64,000 bases of DNA from an uncultured Gemmatimonadales bacterium (GTDB lineage Bacteria > Gemmatimonadota > Gemmatimonadetes > Longimicrobiales > RSA9): positions 4,832,001 to 4,896,000 of the forward strand of contig OY970192.1 in the NCBI GenBank assembly GCA_963708135.1. Direction: 5' to 3'. Positions within the stretch are counted from its first letter, which is position 1, and the number at the start of each line of letters is the position of its first letter. The notes below the pieces were generated by a model that made no database searches, was not told the origin of the DNA, and saw nothing but the letters and a program-made list of their open reading frames with translations. A program made the position numbers and the translations under genes. Positions 50,311 to 59,364 of this stretch are shown here, one piece after another.

Positions 50311-50924
50311 CCGGTCCTTCCGAGCGCCTCGCCGCCGCCCTCGCCGACCGCTACCGCATCGAGCGCGAGCTCGGCGCGGGCGGCATGGCCACGGTCTACC
50401 TGGCCGAGGACCGGCGCCATCACCGGCAGGTGGCCATCAAGGTGCTCAAGCCCGAGCTCGCCGCCGTGCTCGGCGCCGATCGCTTCGTCCAGGAGATCAC
50501 CACCACCGCCCAGCTGCAGCACCCGCACATCCTGCCGCTCTTCGACTCCGGCACTGCCGACGGCTTCCTCTTCTACGTCATGTGGCAGGTCTCGTCCGGA
50601 GGCGGCGCGGCGCCGCGCTGGTCTCACGACGGCCGCGCCATCTTCTACATCGATCCTGCCAGGCGCATGAGAATGGCGGACGTTCGGACCTCGCCCACGT
50701 TCGCGCTCGTGGGCCAGCGGCTGCTCGGCTCGCAGCTGAGCGCCGCGGGGGCAGGTGGAGTGGCGTACGCATACTTCCCCACCTACGCCGTCACGCCCGA
50801 CGATCGACATTTCGTGATGCTGGCGCCTCCCGAGCACGGCTCGGCGCGTAGCGAGTTCGTTCCGGTGGTCGAGATCGAGCACTGGCGCCCCGGGACGCCG
50901 TTGAACCTGGGGCCGCGACGATGA
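50307..50924 (+). pseudogene. K12: internally deleted kinase (N-lobe fused in frame to the last propeller blades)
   Basis: ..GFLFYVM|WQVSSGGGAAPRWSHDG..; lacks HRD, DFG and TM; junction at 50582/50583. Confidence 0.9.
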
Positions 50925-53587
50925 CGGACGCGAGCCGCCTCGCCGCCGCCCTCTCCGACCGCTACCGCATCGAGCGCGAGCTCGGCGCGGGCGGCATGGC
51001 GACGGTGTATCTCGCGCGCGACCTGAGGCACGAGCGCGACGTCGCCCTCAAGGTGCTGCGTCCGGAGCTCGCCGCGATCATCGGCGCCGAGCGATTCCTG
51101 GCCGAGATCAGGACCACGGCCAACCTGCAGCACCCGCACATCCTGCCGCTCTTCGACTCGGGCGAGGCGGACTCGTTCCTGTTCTACGTGATGCCGTACG
51201 TGGCCGGGGAGTCGCTCCGGGACCGGCTGAATCGCGAGAAGCAGCTGCCCATCGCGGAGGCCCTGCGCATCGCCACGGGGGTGGCCTCCGCGCTGGACTA
51301 CGCCCACCGCAACGGCGTGGTCCACCGCGACATCAAGCCGGAGAACATCCTGCTCCACGACGGCCAGCCGCTGGTGGCCGACTTCGGCATCGCGCTGGCG
51401 CTGAGCAGCGCGGGCGGCACGCGCATGACGGAGACGGGCATGAGCGTGGGGACGCCCACGTACATGAGCCCCGAGCAGGCCATGGGCGAGCGGGACATCG
51501 ACGCGCGCGCCGACATCTACTCGCTGGGCTGCGTCGTCTACGAGATGCTGAGCGGGGACCCGCCGTTCACGGGCTCGACCGCGCAGGCCATCGCCGCGCG
51601 CGTGCTCACGGAGACGCCGCGGTCGCTGACAAAGCAGCGCCACACCATCCCGCCGCACGTCGAGGCGGCGGTGCTGACGGCGCTGGAGAAGCTGCCGGCG
51701 GACCGCTTCGCCACGGCGCAGGCCTTCGCCGACGCGCTCGAGGGCAAGGCGGGCGTGACGCCGGCCGCGGTGCGCGGGATGCGCCGCGCCGCGCCGGCCA
51801 GGGGCTGGCAGGCGAGGCTGCGCGATCCGGTGGTCTGGGCGCTGGCCGTCGCCGCCGTCGTCGCCTCGGGCGTGGCGTTCCTCCAGCGGACGGACAGCCG
51901 GAGCCTGGATGGCGGCAGCGTGGTGCGCTTCACCGTGAGCCTCCCCGCGGGCTACCGGCCGTCCCTGTCGAATACCAACGGGCCCGACCTGGACATCTCT
52001 CCGGATGGATCCACGGTGGTCTTCCCGGTGATCGACGCGCGCGGTGGCGATCGGCTGTACGTGCGACGCATGGACGAGGCGACGGCGCGCCCCCTTCCTG
52101 GGACCGACCGTGCGTATGTCCCGCGCTTTTCGGCGGATGGCGCCTCGGTCGAGTTCTTCGCGGCCGGCCGGTTCGAGAAGGTGGCGCTCAGTGGAGGCGC
52201 CCCCCTGGTCGTCACCGAAGTCGGCAGTCTGATCGTGGGAAGCACGTGGGCGCCGGATGGAGACATCTTCTTTGCCACTCCCGCCTCCCCCGTTCTCATG
52301 CGCGTTTCCGGCGCGGGCGGCCGGGCACGCGCAGCGGCCAGCCTGGACACGGCCAGGGGAGAAACGCTCCAACTCTTTCCCCGGGCACTGCCAGATGGGC
52401 GGCACGTGCTCTACCTCAGCTGGGGCCACGGGGGGACCGAAGACGCCCGCATCGGGCTCCTGAACCTGTCCACCGGGCGCACGCGCCGGCTCGACGTGGC
52501 CGGCACGTTCCCGCTGGGGATGCTGGACGGGAAGCTGATCTACGCCGACCAGACCGGCACCGTGCTGGCCGTACCGCTCGACATCGCGTCCGGAACCGTG
52601 AGCGGCCAGCCGGTCCCGCTGCTCACCGGGGTGGCGACCTCGGCCCGCGGCTCGGCCGTGGCCGCGCTCTCGCCGACGGGGACGCTGACGTACGACGGAG
52701 GCGGTCGGGACGCGACCCTCGAGCTGGCGAATGCGGCTGGCGCGACGCCGCTTCTCCCGGATGTCCGGGCCTACTCGACGCCGCGCTATTCCCCGGATGG
52801 GAAGACGGTGGCCGTCAGCGTCGCTTCCGGCACCTCGTCGGACATCTGGCTGGGAGACGTCGCATCGGGGAGCCTTACGCGACTCACCAGCGGCGCCGCA
52901 GTCAACGAGCGGCCCGAATGGTCTCCCGACGGGTCCCGGGTGATCTTCCGCACGGTCCACGGCGGACGTTCGGCCCTCTGGTGGCAGCCCGCCAATGGGA
53001 GCAGCCCCGCCTCACCGCTGCTCGCCGACAGCAACGCGGACTACTTCGAAGGGGTCATGACCCCGGATGGCCGCAGCCTGGTCTTCCAGGTGGACACGGG
53101 CCAGTCGGACATCATGGTCCGGAACCTCGAGGGACGCGGCCCGGACCGTCCTCTCGCCGCCACCCCGGCGCAGGAAGACCATCCGCGCGTCTCGCCGGAC
53201 GGCCGCTGGGTCGCGTACGTGAAGGACGACGGTAGTGGGCCGCAGGTGGTCGTCCAGTCCATATCGGGCGTTGGCGCTCGAGTCCAGGTTTCCGTGCGCG
53301 GAGGCGACGAGCCGGTCTGGTCACCGGACGGTCGCAGGATCTTCTACCGAAACGAAGGGAAGTTCATTGTCGCCGAGGTTGCGGCGACGCCGACCTTTCA
53401 CGTCGTCTCCCAGGCGGACTTCATGGACGACACCTACCTGCCTTCGCCAGTTCCGCACGCCAACTTCGACGTCTCACCGGACGGGAAGTCTCTGCTCGTG
53501 GTCAAGGGCGAGCCGGAGCAGTTCATGGTGGTCCACGACTGGGCTGCCGAGGTGAGGACGAAGCTCGCAGGGGCCGAGAAGCGCTGA
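50921..53587 (+). CDS. Ser/Thr kinase K13: kinase-TM-TolB-like propeller
   Basis: ATGA overlap with K12; full motifs; paralogue of K3. Confidence 0.95.
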   Translation: MTDASRLAAALSDRYRIERELGAGGMATVYLARDLRHERDVALKVLRPELAAIIGAERFLAEIRTTANLQHPHILPLFDSGEADSFLFYVMPYVAGESLRDRLNREKQLPIAEALRIATGVASALDYAHRNGVVHRDIKPENILLHDGQPLVADFGIALALSSAGGTRMTETGMSVGTPTYMSPEQAMGERDIDARADIYSLGCVVYEMLSGDPPFTGSTAQAIAARVLTETPRSLTKQRHTIPPHVEAAVLTALEKLPADRFATAQAFADALEGKAGVTPAAVRGMRRAAPARGWQARLRDPVVWALAVAAVVASGVAFLQRTDSRSLDGGSVVRFTVSLPAGYRPSLSNTNGPDLDISPDGSTVVFPVIDARGGDRLYVRRMDEATARPLPGTDRAYVPRFSADGASVEFFAAGRFEKVALSGGAPLVVTEVGSLIVGSTWAPDGDIFFATPASPVLMRVSGAGGRARAAASLDTARGETLQLFPRALPDGRHVLYLSWGHGGTEDARIGLLNLSTGRTRRLDVAGTFPLGMLDGKLIYADQTGTVLAVPLDIASGTVSGQPVPLLTGVATSARGSAVAALSPTGTLTYDGGGRDATLELANAAGATPLLPDVRAYSTPRYSPDGKTVAVSVASGTSSDIWLGDVASGSLTRLTSGAAVNERPEWSPDGSRVIFRTVHGGRSALWWQPANGSSPASPLLADSNADYFEGVMTPDGRSLVFQVDTGQSDIMVRNLEGRGPDRPLAATPAQEDHPRVSPDGRWVAYVKDDGSGPQVVVQSISGVGARVQVSVRGGDEPVWSPDGRRIFYRNEGKFIVAEVAATPTFHVVSQADFMDDTYLPSPVPHANFDVSPDGKSLLVVKGEPEQFMVVHDWAAEVRTKLAGAEKR

Positions 53588-53588
53588 G

Positions 53589-56258
53589 ATGATCCCCGAC
53601 CGCCTCGCCGCCGCCCTGGCCGACCGCTACCGCATCGAGCGCGAGCTCGGCGCGGGCGGCATGGCCACGGTCTACCTGGCCGAGGACCTCAGGCACGACC
53701 GCAAGGTGGCCATCAAGGTGCTCAAGCCCGAGCTGGCCGCCGTGCTCGGCGCCGAGCGCTTCGTGCAGGAGATCAAGACGACGGCGCAGCTGCAGCACCC
53801 GCACATTCTCCCCCTCTTCGACTCCGGCACCGCCGGCGGCTTCCTCTACTACGTCATGCCGTACCTCGAGGGCGAGACCGTTCGCGAGAAGCTCAACCGC
53901 GAGACGCAGCTCGGGGTGGCCGAGGCGGTGCGGATCACCACGGAGGTGGCGGACGCGCTCGATTACGCCCACCGCCACGGCGTGATCCACCGCGACATCA
54001 AGCCCGAGAACATCCTGCTGCACGACGGCCGGCCCATGGTCATGGACTTCGGCATCGCGCTGGCGGTCTCCGCCGCTGCGGGCGGGCGCATGACCGAGAC
54101 CGGGCTCTCACTCGGCACGCCGCATTACATGAGCCCGGAGCAGGCGACGGCGGACCGCGACATCACGGCGCGCTCCGACATCTACTCGCTGGCGAGCGTG
54201 CTGTACGAGATGCTCGCGGGCGAGCCGCCCCACATGGGCAACTCGGCGCAGCAGATCATCATGAAGATCGTGACGGAGGAGGCGGCGCCGGTCACGAGGC
54301 TGCGCAAGTCCGTGCCGCCGAACGTCGCGGCGGCGCTGTCGAAGGCGCTGGAGAAGCTCCCGGCCGATCGGTTCGACACCGCGAGGGAGTTCGGCGAGGC
54401 GCTCAAGGACCCGGCGTTCACTGGCCCGTCTGCCGCTCCCGCTGCCTCCGACAGGGTGCGGCGATCACCGGCGGTCACCTATCTCCTCATGGCCGCTTGC
54501 GTGGCGCTCGCAGCCCTCTCCGCCTGGTGCTGGCTCCGCTCGCGTCGCACGCCGGTAGCGTGGTTCATCATCGGCTTCCCCACGAATCAGGCGCCGAGCT
54601 ACTCGGCAGTCGGCACGCACGTGGCCCTCTCCCGTGACGGGGCGATGCTGGCGTACATCAGCGGGCCATCGGGCGACTCGAGGCTGTGGATCAAGCGACG
54701 CGATGCCCTGACGGCCGAGCCGATCCCCGGCACCGAGGGCGCGTACGATCCGTTCTTCTCGCCCGACGGGCGACAGCTCGGGTTCATCACCGATCGCAAC
54801 GGCCGCGCGATGAAGATCGTCAGTCTGGCCGGCGGTCCGCCCCACGCCGTCCCCGCCGCGGCGACCCGCGGGATGGGAACCGGCGGCGCCTGCTGGGCCA
54901 GCGACGGCTACATCTACTTCGACGCGGACCTCGGTGGGCTGCAGCGCGTGAAGCCCGACGGCACCGGCCTCGAGACCGTCGTGCCCCTCGATTCGGCGCG
55001 GAACGAGACGGGCGTCGCGTGGCCCGAAGTCCTGCCCGACAACAAGGTCGTGGTCTTCCGGCTCCGCCACGGCACCGACGCGCCGGGCGATTTTGCGATC
55101 GTCGCGCTTCGGATCGGCACGACGGAGCGCCGCGTCGTGGCGCGAGGCGTGAGCGCGCGTTACGCGTCCGGCCGGCTCCTCTGGGTCACCGCGGACGGCA
55201 CGCTGCAGGCGGCCCCGTTCGACGAACGGCACCTCGCGCTCACCGGTCCGGCGACCGGGGCCGGATATGGCGTGCGCGTCTATGGAGCCTATGCGGGCGC
55301 GGACCTCTCCATCACCGAGAGCGGGGATCTGTACTACGTCGCCGGAGCGGCGGGCGCCGCAACCACCCTCGACTGGGTCACGCGTGACGGCGTTACGCGG
55401 CCCGTGGATACGACGTGGAACGAGAGCAGCGAGATCCGGGGGCTCGCGCTCGCTCCGGACGGCAAGGAGGTGGCGCTCGATCTGGCCCGCCCGACGGGGA
55501 CCGACATCTGGATCAAGCACCTGCCCGCCGGCGCGCTCACGCGGCTGACGCTCGATTCCGCCGCGGACAGTCGGCCCCGGTGGTCCGGCGACGGGCGCGA
55601 CGTGCTCTTTCTCTCGGAGCGCGTGAAGCCGGCCGCGATCTTCCGGCGACGTGAAGACGGCACCGGCCATGCCGTCCTCGTCGCGCACGCGGACAGGAGC
55701 ATCACCGAGGCATCCGAGTCGCGGGATGGTCGCTGGCTCGTTGCGCGCACGTCGAGCTCGGAGCGGGGAAACGGCGACATTCTCGCGATGGAAGTCGGCC
55801 GGGATACGATGCTGCGACCGATCGTCGCGACCGCCGCGGCGGAGAGCAACCCGGATCTCTCGCCGGATGGCCGGTGGCTCCTGTACGTCTCCACCGCATC
55901 AGGACGACGCGAGGTGTACGTGCGTCCGTTCCCCGACGTGAACGGCGGCGTCTGGCAGATCTCCACCGAAGGCGGCGTGGAGCCGCGGTGGTCGCACGCC
56001 GGGAACGAGATCTTCTTCAGGGGCCTCGCCTCGCCCGACATGATGGCGGTCGACGTGCAGACGACGCCGGCGTTTCACGCGGGTGCGCCCCACGTGCTGT
56101 TTCACACGGACGCCGTAACCGGCCTGGACTACCCGCGCTACGACGTGGCACCCGACGATCGCCGCTTCCTCATGGTTGGACACGGCGGTGACACCGCCCC
56201 GCAACTGGTGCGCGTCGAGCACGTTCTCCAGGCTCTCGAGCGCAAGCCCGCACCGTGA
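53589..56258 (+). CDS. Ser/Thr kinase K14: kinase-TM-TolB-like propeller
   Basis: Starts 1 bp after the K13 stop; full motifs. Confidence 0.95.
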   Translation: MIPDRLAAALADRYRIERELGAGGMATVYLAEDLRHDRKVAIKVLKPELAAVLGAERFVQEIKTTAQLQHPHILPLFDSGTAGGFLYYVMPYLEGETVREKLNRETQLGVAEAVRITTEVADALDYAHRHGVIHRDIKPENILLHDGRPMVMDFGIALAVSAAAGGRMTETGLSLGTPHYMSPEQATADRDITARSDIYSLASVLYEMLAGEPPHMGNSAQQIIMKIVTEEAAPVTRLRKSVPPNVAAALSKALEKLPADRFDTAREFGEALKDPAFTGPSAAPAASDRVRRSPAVTYLLMAACVALAALSAWCWLRSRRTPVAWFIIGFPTNQAPSYSAVGTHVALSRDGAMLAYISGPSGDSRLWIKRRDALTAEPIPGTEGAYDPFFSPDGRQLGFITDRNGRAMKIVSLAGGPPHAVPAAATRGMGTGGACWASDGYIYFDADLGGLQRVKPDGTGLETVVPLDSARNETGVAWPEVLPDNKVVVFRLRHGTDAPGDFAIVALRIGTTERRVVARGVSARYASGRLLWVTADGTLQAAPFDERHLALTGPATGAGYGVRVYGAYAGADLSITESGDLYYVAGAAGAATTLDWVTRDGVTRPVDTTWNESSEIRGLALAPDGKEVALDLARPTGTDIWIKHLPAGALTRLTLDSAADSRPRWSGDGRDVLFLSERVKPAAIFRRREDGTGHAVLVAHADRSITEASESRDGRWLVARTSSSERGNGDILAMEVGRDTMLRPIVATAAAESNPDLSPDGRWLLYVSTASGRREVYVRPFPDVNGGVWQISTEGGVEPRWSHAGNEIFFRGLASPDMMAVDVQTTPAFHAGAPHVLFHTDAVTGLDYPRYDVAPDDRRFLMVGHGGDTAPQLVRVEHVLQALERKPAP

Positions 56259-56355
56259 CCGACGCGTTCGTCCGCCTCGCCGCCGCCCTCGCCGACCGCT
56301 ATCGCATCGAGCGCGAGCTCGGCGCGGGCGGCGTGGCCACGGTCGCGACCTGGCC
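56255..56355 (+). pseudogene. Kinase 5' stub (first ~30 codons)
   Basis: GTGA-coupled to K14; TDAFVRLAAALADRYRIERELGAGGVATV, then homology ends at the PIN gene. Confidence 0.88.
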
Positions 56356-56361
56356 CTTTCC

Positions 56362-56757
56362 CTATTCCGCCAGCGCCAGCCCCGCCTCCACCAGGCGCTC
56401 GAAGTCGCCGCCGTCCGATGTGGCGAGCTCGGCGCCGGAGACGATCGCCGTGCCCCCGATGATGCAGTCCGGGAAGCTGCCCCGCCTGCGACCGGCGTGG
56501 TTGAAGAGACGCGCCGCCTCGGTCACCTCGGCCGTGCCGACCGGCACATGCATGGGGGCGATGCGGGCCGCGATGGCTTCATCCGCTTCGGCGAGGGGGC
56601 CACACAGGAACTCGCCCCAGACGAACGCCGAAATGGCAACCGGACGGCGCGCTCCAAGCCAGCCGCGGAGTCGCGCCGACTCCGCCGAGCCCGGAACGAG
56701 CGCGCGGATGAGAAAGCTGGTATCGAGATGAATGGCCCGCGCCGCCGGCGCGATCAC
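56362..56757 (-). CDS. vapC: PIN-domain (VapC) toxin
   Basis: IHLDTSFLI, SAFVWGEF, FPDCIIGGTA, LATSD..DF. Confidence 0.9.
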   Translation of the reverse strand: MIAPAARAIHLDTSFLIRALVPGSAESARLRGWLGARRPVAISAFVWGEFLCGPLAEADEAIAARIAPMHVPVGTAEVTEAARLFNHAGRRRGSFPDCIIGGTAIVSGAELATSDGGDFERLVEAGLALAE

Positions 56758-57020
56758 CGCCCGCCGGCCTGCCGCTCCGCCCGGATCTCGCGGATCCAGG
56801 CCTCGGCCTTCTCTTCCGTCAGCCCCAGTCGCGCCTGCAGCTCGTCCAGCGCGGCAATGGCGTTGGAGGCGGCGTCCGCCTCTTCGATGATCGCGGCCGT
56901 GTTCACGATGCGCCGCACGACCTCGGACTTGGACACGCCCCAGCGCTCGGCGAGCTCATCGAGTGCCGCCACCGTCTCGGGGTCGAGCGCGAAGGTGGTC
57001 CGTATCGTCATCCTGGCCAT
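56754..57020 (-). CDS. CopG/ribbon-helix-helix antitoxin
   Basis: RTTFALDPETVAALDELAERWGVSKSEVVRR; stop overlaps the toxin start. Confidence 0.88.
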   Translation of the reverse strand: MARMTIRTTFALDPETVAALDELAERWGVSKSEVVRRIVNTAAIIEEADAASNAIAALDELQARLGLTEEKAEAWIREIRAERQAGGR

Positions 57021-57027
57021 GCCGAAA

Positions 57028-57041
57028 GTTATGGCCATAAC
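57028..57041. promoter_or_regulatory. Probable TA operator, perfect 14-bp palindrome
   Basis: GTTATGGCCATAAC just upstream of the antitoxin start. Confidence 0.65.
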
Positions 57042-57167
57042 AACCCCTCCGCAAGGAACGCGGTTCCGCCAGCGCAGAAGGATCGGGATACCGGCGGGGC
57101 GGGTCCATGGCGCAGTGGGACGGGACGAGCCGCCGGGCGGTAACATCAACCAAGTGGAGGACTGCAG

Positions 57168-59330
57168 ATGAGGAAGCGGATCGTGTGGACGGCGGGCCTA
57201 CCGGCCCAGGTGGCGCTGCTGACGGTGCCGGCAGCCATGCTGATCACCCTGACGGCCGCCGCGCCATTGACCGCGCAGCAGCATCCCAAGTCCCGGGCCG
57301 ATACGGCCGCCGCGGACACCGTCGTCGCCCCGCACACCGACTTCCGGCTCACCGATCTGCGCCGGCTCGTCCAGGTGGGGAGTCCCGAGATCAGCCCTGA
57401 CGGCAAGCGGATTGCCTACGTGGTCACGCGCCAGGACTGGAAGGACGACAAGGCGCGCCGCGAGCTCGACCTGGTGGACGTGGCCGACGGCGCCACGCGT
57501 CCCCTTACCTACCGGCGCGACGGCGTGGGCTCGCCGCGCTGGTCGCCCTCCGGCAGTCGGCTCGCCTTCGTGGCCCCGGACACAGCCACCAAGAAGGGGC
57601 AGATCTGGGTGCTCAGCATGGCCGGCGGCGACCCGGTCCGGCTCACCGACTCGAAGACCGGCATCTCGGCATACTCGTGGAGCCCGGACGGGCGCACCAT
57701 CGCCTACATCGCGCAGGACACGGTACCGGATCCCAAGGCCATCAAGCACCACGAGGACGCGTTCCAGATCACGCTGAACAACTACCAGATCCGCAAGGCC
57801 CCCCAGCCGTGGCACCTCTGGATCGTTCCGGCAGACGGCGGCAAGGCCAGGCGCCTGACCGCGGGGAGCTGGAGCCTCGAGACCGTCCCCGGCGGCGCGG
57901 CGCCGCCGGCGTGGAGCGCGGACGGGAAGTCGCTTGTCGTGGTGCGGCATCCGGGCGTATGGTTCGGAGACGCCTACCGTTCCACCCTCATCCGCGTGGA
58001 CACCGCCGCCGCCGCCGACTCCACGCCGGCCCTGGCCGTCGGCGCGCCCGACACTGCGGCTACGCGCGTTGGCACGACCGGCGACACCCTCTTCGCGGGC
58101 GAGGGCGCGGGCGATCCCCGCGTCGCACCGAAGGGCGCGGCCCTGGCCTTCCAGCGCGCCCGCGGCGGCGACATGAACAACGGGAACGCCGTCTATGTGG
58201 CGGAGGACGGCAAGGTGCGCGACGCAACCGCGGACATGGCACGCGACATCGGCGCCTTCGCCTGGCTCCCCGACGGCCGCTCGTTCCTGCTCACCGGCGC
58301 GCTCGGCGGCCGCTCGGTCCTGTGGCTGAAGCCGGAGGACGGCGCGGCCCGCGTGCTCGACCTGGGCGGCGTACAGCCGGCGGGCACGCCGAGCGTGGCC
58401 GAGAATGGCGCGGTGGCCTTCGTCGGCCGGGCGGCAGATCAGCCCGGGCAGCTGTACTACCTGGCGTCGCCTGACGCGAAGCCGAAGCAGCTCACGCACG
58501 TCAACGCGTTCCTCGACTCGATGCACCTGGCACGCGTCAACACCATCGCGTGGCGTGGGCCTGGCGGGTTCTCCGAGGACGGCGTGCTCAACTACCCGGC
58601 CGACTACGTGAAGGGGACGAGATTGCCGCTGGTGCTGGTCATCCACGGCGGGCCCGAGGGCGCCTCGACGGCGACGTTCTCGCCTCTTCCCCAGCTCCTG
58701 GCCGCGCACGGCTACCTTGTCTTCGAGCCCAACTACCGGGGAAGCATCAACCTGGGCGACGGCTATCAGCACGCCATCTACCGCAACACCGGCCAGGGTC
58801 CGGGCGAGGACGTCATGGCCGGGCTGGCCGCGGTCGAGAGGCTGGGCGTGGTGGACACCAGCCGCATCGCCGTCTCGGGCTGGTCCTACGGCGGCTACAT
58901 GACCACGTGGCTGACCGGCCACTACCATCCGTGGAAGGCGGCCGTGGCCGGCGCCGCGCTCACCGACTGGGTCATGGACTACACCATCGCCTTCTACCAG
59001 AAGGGCGACCTGTACTTCTTCGGCGGCTCGCCGTGGGCGAAGGAGTACTGGGACATCTGGCGCGAGCAGTCGCCCATCCAGTACGCGCGCAACGTGACCG
59101 CGCCCACCCTCGTCATGGGCGACGTCGGCGATCCCAACGTTCCCATCGTCAACAACCTCGAGTGGTACCACGCACTTCGCGACAACGGCGTCGAGACCGA
59201 GTTCTGGGCGTACCCCGCCGACTCCCATTTCCCCGGCGACATTGTGCGCCAGACCGATGTCTACCGCCGCTGGATCGACTGGATGGACCGACACCTGAAG
59301 GAACCGGTGAAGGCGGCACCGAAGCCGTGA
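57168..59330 (+). CDS. Secreted S9 (prolyl oligopeptidase/acylaminoacyl) peptidase
   Basis: Signal peptide, PD40 propeller, IHGGP, PNYRGS, GWSYGG, DPNVP, YPADSH. Confidence 0.95.
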   Translation: MRKRIVWTAGLPAQVALLTVPAAMLITLTAAAPLTAQQHPKSRADTAAADTVVAPHTDFRLTDLRRLVQVGSPEISPDGKRIAYVVTRQDWKDDKARRELDLVDVADGATRPLTYRRDGVGSPRWSPSGSRLAFVAPDTATKKGQIWVLSMAGGDPVRLTDSKTGISAYSWSPDGRTIAYIAQDTVPDPKAIKHHEDAFQITLNNYQIRKAPQPWHLWIVPADGGKARRLTAGSWSLETVPGGAAPPAWSADGKSLVVVRHPGVWFGDAYRSTLIRVDTAAAADSTPALAVGAPDTAATRVGTTGDTLFAGEGAGDPRVAPKGAALAFQRARGGDMNNGNAVYVAEDGKVRDATADMARDIGAFAWLPDGRSFLLTGALGGRSVLWLKPEDGAARVLDLGGVQPAGTPSVAENGAVAFVGRAADQPGQLYYLASPDAKPKQLTHVNAFLDSMHLARVNTIAWRGPGGFSEDGVLNYPADYVKGTRLPLVLVIHGGPEGASTATFSPLPQLLAAHGYLVFEPNYRGSINLGDGYQHAIYRNTGQGPGEDVMAGLAAVERLGVVDTSRIAVSGWSYGGYMTTWLTGHYHPWKAAVAGAALTDWVMDYTIAFYQKGDLYFFGGSPWAKEYWDIWREQSPIQYARNVTAPTLVMGDVGDPNVPIVNNLEWYHALRDNGVETEFWAYPADSHFPGDIVRQTDVYRRWIDWMDRHLKEPVKAAPKP

Positions 59331-59364
59331 GCTTCGATGCCGAGGTCTGTCGCAGGAGGAGGCG

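Noticed and set aside
28946..56258. Array as a pure repeat-expansion assembly artefact
   Set aside because: Each sensor half is unique, synonymous sites differ, and junctions are coherent start/stop overlaps. Unit order could still be mis-joined.
56255..56731. 158-aa ORF as a functional kinase
   Set aside because: Only ~30 codons are kinase-like; the rest is antisense to vapC.
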